From positions 96,001 to 160,000 of IMG/VR virus record IMGVR_UViG_3300043411_001575: a stretch of 64,000 nucleotides of DNA; one strand, given 5' to 3'. The DNA comes from a virus. The notes under the pieces are model-generated. The model had not been told where the DNA came from. It made no database searches and was given only the letters and a program-made list of their open reading frames with translations. A program made the position numbers and the translations under genes. Below are positions 36,053 to 45,920 of this stretch, in pieces (the first letter of the stretch is position 1; every line of letters begins with the position of its first letter).

Positions 36053-36748
36053 ATGACAAACGAAAACAATAAGTTATCAGTAAGAAAAACTCAAAGTTTA
36101 AAACCTGAAATAAAGCAATTAACAACTGAAGAGTTAAAAGAAGAGTCGAAAATTTATTTTAATTCAGGGTTAGCTCCTTCCCATTTGAAAAATTGGGAAG
36201 CTGTTTTTGTCGCTAAAAGTTGGGCGCAAGGATTAGGAATGCATACTACATTAGGTCTTAGGGATATTTTTGTTATTGATAACATTCCATCATTAAGAAC
36301 AGAAGCGGCAATGGCTCTTGTTGAAATAAGTGGCTTTTGTGAAAACTTTGAACAAGAATTCATAGGCAAACCATATGATGATAATTTTACTGCTGTGTGT
36401 AAAGTTAAAAGAAAAGGTAGAAAAGAACATATTTCTACATTTTCAGTTAAGGATGCAAAAATAGCTCTGCTTTGGGGAAAGAAAACTAACACAGGTAAAC
36501 CAACAGCATGGGTTACATATCCTCAGAGAATGTTGATGTATCGAGCCGTTGGATTTGCCATAAGGGACATATTTAGTGATGTTTTACGTGGAAGCCGCTT
36601 ATACGAAGAAATTGTCGATTATCCACAATATGAAATAATTGATGATAAATCTAATTCAACTGAAGTTAATGTTGTAGTTGGAAATAAAAAAACATTTAAC
36701 GGAGGTAACAAACCAATTAACCTACTTAATGATGAACCGCCTGAATAA
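36053..36748 (+). CDS. RecT-like single-strand annealing recombinase
   Basis: FSVKDAKIALLW..WVTYPQRMLMYRA..RDIFSDVL; exonuclease gene nearby. Confidence 0.7.
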   Translation: MTNENNKLSVRKTQSLKPEIKQLTTEELKEESKIYFNSGLAPSHLKNWEAVFVAKSWAQGLGMHTTLGLRDIFVIDNIPSLRTEAAMALVEISGFCENFEQEFIGKPYDDNFTAVCKVKRKGRKEHISTFSVKDAKIALLWGKKTNTGKPTAWVTYPQRMLMYRAVGFAIRDIFSDVLRGSRLYEEIVDYPQYEIIDDKSNSTEVNVVVGNKKTFNGGNKPINLLNDEPPE

Positions 36749-37019
36749 ACCAAAAATTTTAAATACAAAGGCTGAACTAGCTAAGTTAATTAAAGAAAAA
36801 GTTAATCCATTATTATTTAATAAATCACCAATGCATAATTACTATTGGTCAGGTAGTTATGAAATAAATGGAATTAAATATCATATTTTCTTTCAATTAT
36901 ATTGCAACTCAATTAAAAGAGGAACAGTTCATTATGTTGATATACGATTTTTACAAAATCATAAATCATTAACTGTTACTGAAATTAAAAAATTATTAGA
37001 AGAAGTAAAAAAATTGTGA
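36678..37019 (+). CDS. hypothetical protein
   Basis: ORF; real start probably MMNRL. Confidence 0.5.
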   Translation: MEIKKHLTEVTNQLTYLMMNRLNKPKILNTKAELAKLIKEKVNPLLFNKSPMHNYYWSGSYEINGIKYHIFFQLYCNSIKRGTVHYVDIRFLQNHKSLTVTEIKKLLEEVKKL

Positions 37020-37597
37020 TGAGACTTAAGAAAAAAGATTTATCAAAAATAGGATTAAAAATTGAAGGTGGAGTCGTTATAAAAAAGACTATCAAAATAG
37101 ACAAGGTTATTCGTGTAAAAGAGTCTCTAGGTAGCTTTAAATTCAACAATGGAACTCCTACCTCAGTTGATAGTTCAAAATACGTTTTAGATAAATCTAG
37201 GAGGTTTTATGCATTTGATGTTGTTCCTATGGGTAAACCAAGAATGACTCAATCAGATAAATGGAAAACAGACCCAAATCATCCTGACCCACTTAAAAGA
37301 AAAAGAGAAGTTGTTCATCGTTATCATCAATTACAAAATAGAGTTAGAGAGCAAGCGGAAAAAATGAAATTCGTTTTAGGAAAAACTTTTGAAGCAGTTT
37401 TTTTTGTTCCCCTACCAAATTCATGGAGTGATAAAAAGAAAAGTGAATTAGTTGGAATGCCATGTGAAGAGAAGCCCGATATTGACAATTACACGAAATT
37501 TTTTTTGGATACGATGGCAAAAGAAGATAAATCAGTTTGGAATATAAAAGCCGAAAAAAGATGGGCTTATTACGGAAGTATAATAATTTTTCAATAA
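37016..37597 (+). CDS. RusA-like Holliday junction resolvase
   Basis: PMGKPRMT, KPDIDNYTKFFLD, ED. Confidence 0.78.
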   Translation: MMRLKKKDLSKIGLKIEGGVVIKKTIKIDKVIRVKESLGSFKFNNGTPTSVDSSKYVLDKSRRFYAFDVVPMGKPRMTQSDKWKTDPNHPDPLKRKREVVHRYHQLQNRVREQAEKMKFVLGKTFEAVFFVPLPNSWSDKKKSELVGMPCEEKPDIDNYTKFFLDTMAKEDKSVWNIKAEKRWAYYGSIIIFQ

Positions 37598-37604
37598 TAA
37601 AAAT

Positions 37605-38345
37605 ATGAAGCGACTTGTCGAGACAGACAGATGGAAAGACTCTTTTTTCGTTGAACTACATCCCAATGCAAAGCTATTGCTTTCATATATGTATGATAAT
37701 TGTAATGAGGCAGGATTCATAGATTTAAATTGGGTTATATGGTCTAGTCAATTAAACATGCAACAAGAATTCATTAAAACTAGCTTAATAGCACTATCAA
37801 GTTTATTAGTTAGCGATAAGAAAAAGAAATTATTTATTAAGGATTTCCTGAAGCATCAAAGAAAATTACCTCTTATTAAAGGAAATGAAGAGTCAGATTT
37901 AATTATAGAAAAACTTCAATCTAATCTAAAAAAATTCAATGATGCGCCTGAGATACTTGAATTACTTAATTCAGTTAAGGTTAAAGTTGAATTTGAAGAA
38001 GAAAAAGTAAAGAGTGTAAAAAAAAATAGAACTCAAAGCGTAAAATTCACTCCTCCTTCTTATGAAGATTTTGAAGCTTATTACTTATCAGAAAGTCCTG
38101 ATACAGGAACAGAGAATATTAAAGAACTTTTCGACCACTACGTAGGTGTTGGATGGGTAACAAAAGGAGGAACACCTGTAAAGGATTATCAAGCAACTAT
38201 TAGAAACGCAATAAGAAGAGCTGAGAAAAATGAGATAAGTAAAGCAAAACAAGAATATGTTTCTAAATCATTCGGAAAAGAAAAAAAACAATCTAGGACT
38301 GATATAACTTTTTCTTTGGCTGATTCTATGAAAAAAGAAAATTAA
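37605..38345 (+). CDS. putative replication initiator / replisome organizer
   Basis: N-terminal KRLVETDRWKDSFFVELHPNAKLLLSY; C-terminal FTPPS..FDHYVGVGW. Confidence 0.6.
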   Translation: MKRLVETDRWKDSFFVELHPNAKLLLSYMYDNCNEAGFIDLNWVIWSSQLNMQQEFIKTSLIALSSLLVSDKKKKLFIKDFLKHQRKLPLIKGNEESDLIIEKLQSNLKKFNDAPEILELLNSVKVKVEFEEEKVKSVKKNRTQSVKFTPPSYEDFEAYYLSESPDTGTENIKELFDHYVGVGWVTKGGTPVKDYQATIRNAIRRAEKNEISKAKQEYVSKSFGKEKKQSRTDITFSLADSMKKEN

Positions 38346-38353
38346 TAATAATT

Positions 38354-39229
38354 ATGGAACAAGAAAAAAATAACAATTTAATTGTGAGTGAAAAGTTAAT
38401 GAATCATCCTACACTAACAATTAGTGATATTCAAAAATCAACTATTCCCGAACTAACTAAGCAAGTGATAATTGCATCTCAAAATTTCCCTAAAATAAGA
38501 ACATTAGATGAAAAAGTAGTAAAGCATAGTCTTATTGATTTAATACTTGCTATAATTTGGGAATCAGGTCACAATTTAGATGAAAAAGAGCAGACTGTTT
38601 TAGTTACCTATATGATTGAGGAGATTAAAAATGATTTCTCTAACCTAACATTAGAAGAGGTTAAAATAGCGTTAAAAAAAGGATTAAGAGGTTATTATGG
38701 TCAAGTATTTGGGATGAATGTCAAAATGATGTATTCATGGCTAGAAGGATACGTTTCAGAAACAAAAGCCGAATCATTAAAATACCTTACTATAATTGAG
38801 AAAAAAGAACCTGAAGAAAAATCAGATGACCATAAAAGGTATTTACATTTCGAATGGCTGAAATTATGTATTAATGCTTATGAAGAATACAAAGAAACAG
38901 GTAAAACAAGTTTTGTTGATGCTAAAAATAATCTCTATGATTACATCAGGTACAAGCTAAAATTAGCTGACCTAACAAAAGAAGAAGTTGATAATATTTG
39001 GCAATATGCAGTACTTGAATATAAATCAAATCACTCAATTGAAAAATCTAAAAACAAATATGAATTAGTAGATTTTAGGATAGCAATAAAAAAATTTCAA
39101 GATGGCGATTCTACTGAACAAGAAAAAGTAAAATTTATAGCAAGGAAAATCGCCCTCAATAAACTTTTTGAAAAGATTAAAGGGGCGAATATTGATTTTA
39201 GAGCGAAAATAATTGAATTCGAAAAATAA
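38354..39229 (+). CDS. hypothetical replication-associated protein
   Basis: LTLEEVKIALKKG..GYYG; follows the initiator. Confidence 0.6.
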   Translation: MEQEKNNNLIVSEKLMNHPTLTISDIQKSTIPELTKQVIIASQNFPKIRTLDEKVVKHSLIDLILAIIWESGHNLDEKEQTVLVTYMIEEIKNDFSNLTLEEVKIALKKGLRGYYGQVFGMNVKMMYSWLEGYVSETKAESLKYLTIIEKKEPEEKSDDHKRYLHFEWLKLCINAYEEYKETGKTSFVDAKNNLYDYIRYKLKLADLTKEEVDNIWQYAVLEYKSNHSIEKSKNKYELVDFRIAIKKFQDGDSTEQEKVKFIARKIALNKLFEKIKGANIDFRAKIIEFEK

Positions 39230-39505
39230 TTATTCTTTTACAATACTTGGAGATTTAACATTTCTCCATTTAGTACATTTACCCTTAGTATCTTCTGCCT
39301 CACATACTTTTGTATATCCTGCAACATTTGATTTTTCTTCTGATTTAGAACTAATCAAATACCCAACTACTGCACCTACTGCGAGACCTATTCCTGCAAA
39401 CATTAACATTCCTTTAGTAGGCTTTTTCATTAAGAATGCTACACCTGCTAATCCTGCTGCACCGATGCCCGCACCGATTGCCATTGGTTTTATTTTTTCT
39501 TTCAT
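39230..39505 (-). CDS. small membrane protein
   Basis: two Gly/Ala-rich hydrophobic segments. Confidence 0.65.
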   Translation of the reverse strand: MKEKIKPMAIGAGIGAAGLAGVAFLMKKPTKGMLMFAGIGLAVGAVVGYLISSKSEEKSNVAGYTKVCEAEDTKGKCTKWRNVKSPSIVKE

Positions 39506-39530
39506 TTTTTTGGTTTTTGTTATTTTTTAT

Positions 39531-40238
39531 TTAATGATTCAATTTTTTATCTACATACTTACTAGTTGAAGCACCTATTACAGCTCCCGCTAATAAATTA
39601 ACCCAAGTACGCTCATACCATTTCTTTTTAGGCTCATATACGAACCCACTAATATTAGATGTCTTGATATATGGATTACTATTATTAACCTCTACAACTA
39701 AACTAGATTTCATTTTAAGAAAACCTGTTCTTTTATCTCCAATAATTATTTTAGCTTCATTAGGTATTTTTAAACTATCAATCGTTAAACCTGTATTAGC
39801 AATAGTAGTATAGAATAAAAAATCTTTTGTTTCCTTCTTGGCTTGAAATGGCTTGAAATCACAAGGTATAACTTTATCAAAAGGAACAGGTACTTCTCTA
39901 ACTATTGTTGTTTCTCTTACTATTACACCACCTTTAACTTCTTTAAATTTAGAAATCCATTCTCTCATTGTATCATCTGATGCAAGAAGAGATTTCATTT
40001 GGTCTTGTGTTTCTAAAGCTAAAGCTCTATTAGTATTAATTTCTAAACCAAGTTTTGTTTTATATACAGATGATTCAGTTTTATAATTAGCAATATCACT
40101 AACTAATTTATCTGTTTTATTTTGATTAGAACATTCACGAAATAAAAAAATAGCTACAATAATAATTATTGCAATTATATAATTCCTGTGAGTTTTTGAT
40201 TCAGGATTAAATTGAGGTATATTAAATCTACTTACCAT
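39531..40238 (-). CDS. membrane-anchored lysis-module protein (spanin-like)
   Basis: N-terminal TM, C-terminal KKWY plus hydrophobic tail; next to amidase. Confidence 0.55.
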   Translation of the reverse strand: MVSRFNIPQFNPESKTHRNYIIAIIIIVAIFLFRECSNQNKTDKLVSDIANYKTESSVYKTKLGLEINTNRALALETQDQMKSLLASDDTMREWISKFKEVKGGVIVRETTIVREVPVPFDKVIPCDFKPFQAKKETKDFLFYTTIANTGLTIDSLKIPNEAKIIIGDKRTGFLKMKSSLVVEVNNSNPYIKTSNISGFVYEPKKKWYERTWVNLLAGAVIGASTSKYVDKKLNH

Positions 40239-40242
40239 TTTT

Positions 40243-40704
40243 CTATCCTAAGTCTTCTATTTTATTTTTTTCTTCATTTGACTTATCATCTACCTTAGCA
40301 TCTTTCTTTTCATCTACAGGTGCTTCATTTGATTTATCAGGAGTAGTATTGTTTTCTGTTTTAGGAGCAGCTTCATTAGCTCCAAAGTATTTGGATGCCA
40401 TTCTAATTCCATATAATCCACAAACAAAAGTAAGTATAGATATAAAATAATATTCAGGAAGCAAATGTGATGGAGCATATATTACAGCAACAATGGTTGC
40501 AAATGCTAATATCTTAGCAAAGATAAACGCAGTTAGAGATTTACCACTAGCCTTACCATTTTCAGAAAATGATGCAAGAAACCAAACTTTCAATTCCTTA
40601 TCTTTAAATACATATCTACTAACAATCCAAACAGAAATAAGGTATACTAATAATATTATTAGTACATAAATTTGTTTTGAATATTGTTGTAGTATCTGTT
40701 GCAT
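40243..40704 (-). CDS. putative holin
   Basis: three TM segments, charged tail, adjacent to endolysin. Confidence 0.55.
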   Translation of the reverse strand: MQQILQQYSKQIYVLIILLVYLISVWIVSRYVFKDKELKVWFLASFSENGKASGKSLTAFIFAKILAFATIVAVIYAPSHLLPEYYFISILTFVCGLYGIRMASKYFGANEAAPKTENNTTPDKSNEAPVDEKKDAKVDDKSNEEKNKIEDLG

Positions 40705-40705
40705 T

Positions 40706-41407
40706 TTAAATTCCTTGTTCTATTTCTTGAAGCATTTTAATAACCTTTGGAAGTGGTGCTAAATCGAACTTATCACTTCTGTAACTCACATGACTGAATA
40801 TACCATTTTCTCCATCCAATGCTCTTGTACAAATATCCCACATATCAGCATTATATTTTTTTGATATTTTATACTTATCGCATAAATAAATTACAAGTTC
40901 TTTTAATGATGCTATTTGAGAGTCAGTCAAGTCTTGGTAGTATAAATATCCACGATGCGGTTTATCTAAAGTGACAACTTCATTAGCAGGAACTATTCCA
41001 TTTACATAATTTTTGAAGTTACCATCTTTATCTTTAATTAAACATCCCCAATTGCATATCTCTACTGCTACAGACTCTTTAGCTCTTTGAGTTTCTAAAG
41101 TAAAATTATGGTACTTTGAAGGCACTTTGTTTGTATTTTTGCTAAACGCAATATGGTAAGCCCAATATTTAGAACCAAAAGCTTGGAAAATTTCACCGTC
41201 TTTTTCTGTTTTACTACCACGAGAAATGACAAAAGCAGTACCAACTCTTTCAGGATTAAACTGCCATCCATGAATAGTATTAGCCGCACTTGGCGCACCT
41301 GCCGTGAAATGCAATAAGATTTGTTTTTTTACAGCAGAACAATCTTCTTTGAAGTATTGATTCGGAGTAAGTTCTTCCTGATTAATTTTCGTTACATCTA
41401 AAGGCAT
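40706..41407 (-). CDS. N-acetylmuramoyl-L-alanine amidase (endolysin)
   Basis: ILLHFTAG, WAYH, VEICN, SHVSYRSDKFD zinc amidase motifs. Confidence 0.85.
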   Translation of the reverse strand: MPLDVTKINQEELTPNQYFKEDCSAVKKQILLHFTAGAPSAANTIHGWQFNPERVGTAFVISRGSKTEKDGEIFQAFGSKYWAYHIAFSKNTNKVPSKYHNFTLETQRAKESVAVEICNWGCLIKDKDGNFKNYVNGIVPANEVVTLDKPHRGYLYYQDLTDSQIASLKELVIYLCDKYKISKKYNADMWDICTRALDGENGIFSHVSYRSDKFDLAPLPKVIKMLQEIEQGI

Positions 41408-41427
41408 GGCTGTTATTTTTTTTAATA

Positions 41428-41682
41428 TTATTTGCTGTAAAAAAGTTCAACTAAAAATTTAGCTAACCAAAGTATTCCACCGCCAAGAAATCCATATATT
41501 CCTATCTGAGCCTTCTTTACAGCTTGATTTTTTTCATATTCAACTTTGAATTCAGTAAGTTCTCGTTTTAAATCATTAACTTTAGCTATAAGACCCTTCT
41601 CTCCCGTACCCTCATCATTGTGAAGATAGTTTATCACCTTGTCAATTTTCCTAGTTAAAATTGCAACTTCTTCGTCAGACAT
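41428..41682 (-). CDS. coiled-coil protein with C-terminal TM (lysis-associated)
   Basis: hydrophobic C-terminus; position. Confidence 0.55.
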   Translation of the reverse strand: MSDEEVAILTRKIDKVINYLHNDEGTGEKGLIAKVNDLKRELTEFKVEYEKNQAVKKAQIGIYGFLGGGILWLAKFLVELFYSK

Positions 41683-41769
41683 AATTATTGTATATTTTTT
41701 GTAAAAATAATGAATAATATTATTTCTTAAAGAATAATATTTGTAACAAAAAAATCATAAAATGTTGCG

Positions 41770-42336
41770 TTAGTACTTTCCTTCAAAAAGTAGCTCTGTA
41801 GTGAACTCATTCCTGAATCTAATGTAGTCCTGTGGGAAGGCAATAGAAAGTAAAGTAAATTGAAGAGTACCCATGTTTAAAGCTTCAAAGCTTTTTCTTA
41901 CAGATTGACTGCAAATATTATATTTGCCTCTTAATTTAATTTTTAATTTAAAACCGAAAGCTCGGTTCAGTAATTCCTTTATTCCATTTCTGAAATCATA
42001 TTTTGTTCTAGCCTCATCACTCTCATTTATGAAATCAACAACGTTAGATTGAATAATATCTTCGTCTACACTGCTTCTTATAACAATGAAGTCTGAGTTC
42101 TTGTAATAACTCTCAATTCTTGTTGATAGCCATTCAGGTTTATTACCTCTTGCATTACTATCTACAATTAAAAATCTATTTTTTAATTTTACAACTCTTC
42201 CAATATGGGAGGCAAATGAATCACTATCTGCCTCCCTTATTACTGAAGCTACTACTCCTGTTCCACTAAAAAGAATAAAATCGCCATCTTTTATTTGACC
42301 ACGAACTCTTTTGTATTTTTCAGAAATAGTTTCCAT
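41770..42336 (-). CDS. permuted papain-like (NlpC/P60, YiiX-like) enzyme
   Basis: GDFILF, SHIG, YD, ICS in His-before-Cys order. Confidence 0.65.
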   Translation of the reverse strand: METISEKYKRVRGQIKDGDFILFSGTGVVASVIREADSDSFASHIGRVVKLKNRFLIVDSNARGNKPEWLSTRIESYYKNSDFIVIRSSVDEDIIQSNVVDFINESDEARTKYDFRNGIKELLNRAFGFKLKIKLRGKYNICSQSVRKSFEALNMGTLQFTLLSIAFPQDYIRFRNEFTTELLFEGKY

Positions 42337-42343
42337 TTAAATT

Positions 42344-42766
42344 TTAATCTTTCGTTTCATCATGCTCAATAAGTTCATACAACTTTGCCATAGTTGTTCC
42401 TTTCAATCCTTTTATTTTTTTAAGTTCAGATTCTTTTATCGTAAAAATTTTAGTGTCAACAGTAGCATCTTGAATTTTTTCAATCTCAGAAATATAATTA
42501 TCTTTATCTTCTTTTGATTTGAAAACATAAGAATTATTTTCTACCTTGTAATTACCATCTTCACCCAAGCTGATATGTTTTTTCTTGAAAGATTCAATAG
42601 TTTTATTAATGGCTTTTTCTACCATACCTAAATTATTTATTGTCTTTGCTATTTGATAGTTAGTTTTAAAATCTTCAATATCAAGATTACCTAATTCTGT
42701 CAATCCAATAATAATACGTGTAACTTCACTGTTTAAAATAACACCTGTTTTTTTTTCTTTTTCCAT
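42344..42766 (-). CDS. hypothetical protein
   Basis: ORF in late cluster. Confidence 0.65.
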   Translation of the reverse strand: MEKEKKTGVILNSEVTRIIIGLTELGNLDIEDFKTNYQIAKTINNLGMVEKAINKTIESFKKKHISLGEDGNYKVENNSYVFKSKEDKDNYISEIEKIQDATVDTKIFTIKESELKKIKGLKGTTMAKLYELIEHDETKD

Positions 42767-42803
42767 TTTTATTTATTTTTAATACAAATATAAATAATAT
42801 TTT

Positions 42804-44297
42804 TTAAAATTTAGTTATTGGGTCATTAACAAACCCGTCATCTATACCATAACAAGGTGGATAAGAAACACCAAGACCCTTACTTATTCCATTAGGAATA
42901 TTATTAATATATCTTATACCTAAATTAGAGCCTGCATTACTCAAATCAGTAATTATTAACAGTTGATTTCTATTTGTTATGGTACAATTACTTATTTTTA
43001 TGAATTTAGATATTTTTTCAAAATTATCAGTAAAAGAAATAATATAATTAGATGTAGATGTAGATGTTATTCTAGTTTTTATTTCAGCAGACCCACTAAA
43101 AAATTCATTCATTGTTAAAGCTCCACCTCCTGATACAAAAACTCTCTTAAATACAATTCTATTTATATTTATAAGAGTAGCTGTATTAACAGTAAAATCT
43201 ACATTTTTACCACTTACAGCTGCAAGCCTTTTTACTTCCATTGTGGCATTACTGAAAATAGTATTACTTGTTAATGTTGTATTACAGCCATTTTCAAAAA
43301 TAACATTACATCTTAGTTGTCCACCACCTGACCAAGTTCCTCTATCATAAAAAACAATAGTACCTGTACTTATATTTAATATGTTAGGTGCAACCAAATT
43401 TTTAGTATAAAAATAACCTGTTCCAGCATTTATTGCACCATTTGTTGAAAGTTGTATAGTATCTCTAACAATAACGTCACCATTTGGAATAAGAGTTACA
43501 CTCCCAGCAACTGCTCTAATACCATGTATTACAAGTCCATTTAATTCAAAAGTTGTTGTTCCAGTTCCTAAACGGAAAAAACTCCAGTCCATATTAACAA
43601 AACCACTTAAATATTTAAATGTTCTACCTGAATAATTGTAGAATTTTTCAGTAGTAACAAAAGTTCCATGTAGTAAAGTACAAGTTCCTGTTCCACAATC
43701 AATTGTAGTATCTAAACAAATACCTGCATTTTGTCCTGAACTTGCACCAATTGAGGTATTATCTCCTGTTATAATTACACCTGAAGTTCCTGTTGTTAAT
43801 ACATTAGTTCCATTATTTATAAATGTTGAATTATCTTCAATGTAAAAATTATTACCATTAATAACAGAAAGAGAACTTCTAACAATTCCGTTATTAATAT
43901 AAAAATCATCTCCTAGTGTACAGGTTGTGCTTGAACCAAATGCAATTGGAAAATTAATAACAAGTGCATTACTTGTTATTGTCATATTAGCATTAAAAAC
44001 AAAAGTATTTGATGTAGTACTAACAACACTCATTGTATTTGAAAAAATACAACTAGTTCCATTAATCTGTAAATTGAGAGTGGTGAATGTAAAAGTATTT
44101 GAATAACCTGTACAATCTAAATTTGCACAAACTTTGTTTGAAGTATCAATTGTACAATTACCACTATTAGTTGTAAAGAAAGCATTATCAGCAGTTGTTG
44201 GAACAGCACCATCAGCACCTCCACCATCTGTTAAACTCCAATTACTTGCAGTTCCCCAATTAACATTTCCTGTATTTCTAAAGTAATAATCAGCCAT
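42804..44297 (-). CDS. putative virion fibre / beta-helix protein
   Basis: NWGTASNWS..GAVPT N-terminus; T/N/G-rich. Confidence 0.6.
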   Translation of the reverse strand: MADYYFRNTGNVNWGTASNWSLTDGGGADGAVPTTADNAFFTTNSGNCTIDTSNKVCANLDCTGYSNTFTFTTLNLQINGTSCIFSNTMSVVSTTSNTFVFNANMTITSNALVINFPIAFGSSTTCTLGDDFYINNGIVRSSLSVINGNNFYIEDNSTFINNGTNVLTTGTSGVIITGDNTSIGASSGQNAGICLDTTIDCGTGTCTLLHGTFVTTEKFYNYSGRTFKYLSGFVNMDWSFFRLGTGTTTFELNGLVIHGIRAVAGSVTLIPNGDVIVRDTIQLSTNGAINAGTGYFYTKNLVAPNILNISTGTIVFYDRGTWSGGGQLRCNVIFENGCNTTLTSNTIFSNATMEVKRLAAVSGKNVDFTVNTATLININRIVFKRVFVSGGGALTMNEFFSGSAEIKTRITSTSTSNYIISFTDNFEKISKFIKISNCTITNRNQLLIITDLSNAGSNLGIRYINNIPNGISKGLGVSYPPCYGIDDGFVNDPITKF

Positions 44298-44719
44298 TAA
44301 TAATCATTCGCAAAAGCAATTCCATGATTTAAGTCTTGCGCCCCAGCGTAAACAGATTGACATATCCCGATTAATTGTCCTGACCTCATAATGATAGGTT
44401 GAGCAAAAGTAATAGTAACAGAAGAGCCAAGAACCGTGTTGCTCCTTGTTGCTGATGCCATTACACCTTGCCCAATTAACCTAAAGTTAGCCCCCGCAAC
44501 ATCAGACAAGAAAATATTTATCCTCATGGCAGAAGAGGCGGCAGGGGATGCTTGTGCATTGGTTATAGTTACTCCGTCAACTCTAGTTCCATCTGCGTTT
44601 GCCGTTACTAAAGTTACAATAGTTCCTGAGCCATCAGACGCTGTGTTTGCTGTTGTTCCAAGTGAAACAGGAAGCATGTTTCCTGAATCACAAAATATAG
44701 GTATAGTATTAGCTGCCAT
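44297..44719 (-). CDS. putative virion structural protein
   Basis: beta-rich, A/T/G-rich composition. Confidence 0.6.
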   Translation of the reverse strand: MAANTIPIFCDSGNMLPVSLGTTANTASDGSGTIVTLVTANADGTRVDGVTITNAQASPAASSAMRINIFLSDVAGANFRLIGQGVMASATRSNTVLGSSVTITFAQPIIMRSGQLIGICQSVYAGAQDLNHGIAFANDY

Positions 44720-44988
44720 TAGTTTTCAGAATTAGATAATTTTTCTATATAATCATTTAACATCGTAATTTCTTCCTCTATTTTAGGTACTAAAGAATCA
44801 ATAAAATCAGAAACTACTTTTTCATAAATAGGATTTTCGACCAATGTATTGAAAGTTACTGACTCTGTATTAGTTCTTATACTAATCCCTTTTACTTGTT
44901 TACCTTTTTGTAAAAGATAAGATTCCTTTGTCATTTTTAACTGAGAAATTTTATCAGTTAAAACTTCTATTTGTTCTTGTTTTGTCAT
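44719..44988 (-). CDS. hypothetical protein
   Basis: translationally coupled ORF. Confidence 0.6.
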   Translation of the reverse strand: MTKQEQIEVLTDKISQLKMTKESYLLQKGKQVKGISIRTNTESVTFNTLVENPIYEKVVSDFIDSLVPKIEEEITMLNDYIEKLSNSEN

Positions 44989-44990
44989 GG

Positions 44991-45617
44991 TTATATGAAT
45001 TGATAATAATTAAATAATCTATTTGAAACGGCTGTATTGTTTGATATTGCTTGTGAAACAAAAGCTGTTGTTGCTAACTTTGTTGAGTTATCATTTACTG
45101 CCTGAGTAGGAGCGGTTGGTGTACCTATAAAAGCAGGTGAATTTAACACCGCATAATTTGATATTATATAGTTTATTTGCCCTTGTGCCTTTTCCGACAC
45201 TTCTTGAAAATCATCCCCAACTACAATAGCTGTATTTGATGGGGCAAAAGGAGTTTTTATAACCGTACCACTAAATTCAATCCAAGTTAATCCATTATAA
45301 TAATTAAAAGATAATGTTGTTGTATTATAAATTAAAAGAGCATTTACGGGAGTAATAATAGCATCCCTTTGAATAGTTGTCATTCGTGGACTTAAAAAAC
45401 CTTGTGTAGTAGAGGTTAAGTCTAGTAAAGCAGAAGCATCAGGAGTAATAGTTCCTAAACCTGCTGAAATACCATTATCGAAAAACATACTGTTTCCAAT
45501 ATTTAATCCATCAGGAGTGAATTTACACAAATAATTTAGTGTACCACCACCTCCGATAGTACCTCCGCCACCACCTCCGCCTGCGCCACTAAATCCAAAT
45601 GGAGAATTTCCGAACAT
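44991..45617 (-). CDS. short fibre-like protein
   Basis: SPAFIGTPTAPT..NSTKLATTAFV phage fibre repeat; N-terminus shared with 45921-48521. Confidence 0.7.
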   Translation of the reverse strand: MFGNSPFGFSGAGGGGGGGTIGGGGTLNYLCKFTPDGLNIGNSMFFDNGISAGLGTITPDASALLDLTSTTQGFLSPRMTTIQRDAIITPVNALLIYNTTTLSFNYYNGLTWIEFSGTVIKTPFAPSNTAIVVGDDFQEVSEKAQGQINYIISNYAVLNSPAFIGTPTAPTQAVNDNSTKLATTAFVSQAISNNTAVSNRLFNYYQFI

Positions 45618-45628
45618 TGATTATTATT
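45375..45628. repeat. about 250 bp direct repeat, copy 1 (copy 2 at about 48279-48529)
   Basis: near-identical DNA encoding the shared N-terminus. Confidence 0.85.
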
Positions 45629-45659
45629 TTAAATTACTACTAAAAATATATTCCTAAAA

Positions 45660-45905
45660 TTAAGCAACAGGTGGATAAGTCGCTAAAATATAAGCATCAA
45701 CTTGTGTTTGTGTAACAGCCATAATGTTTGCTACATCCGCAACAGGACAAACTAAATTAAATATTGTTTGAGGTGTAACTAAATCCAAATATGTATTCCC
45801 CTCCACATAAAGTTCTGTATTTGCTTGATAAGTTACTGCTGTATTATCTTCGTTAAATCTTAATGAAGATTCTAATACTACTGTGTTTCTTGATTTTATT
45901 GTCAT
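45660..45905 (-). CDS. hypothetical protein
   Basis: ORF in late cluster. Confidence 0.6.
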   Translation of the reverse strand: MTIKSRNTVVLESSLRFNEDNTAVTYQANTELYVEGNTYLDLVTPQTIFNLVCPVADVANIMAVTQTQVDAYILATYPPVA

Positions 45906-45920
45906 GACTTTTTTATTATA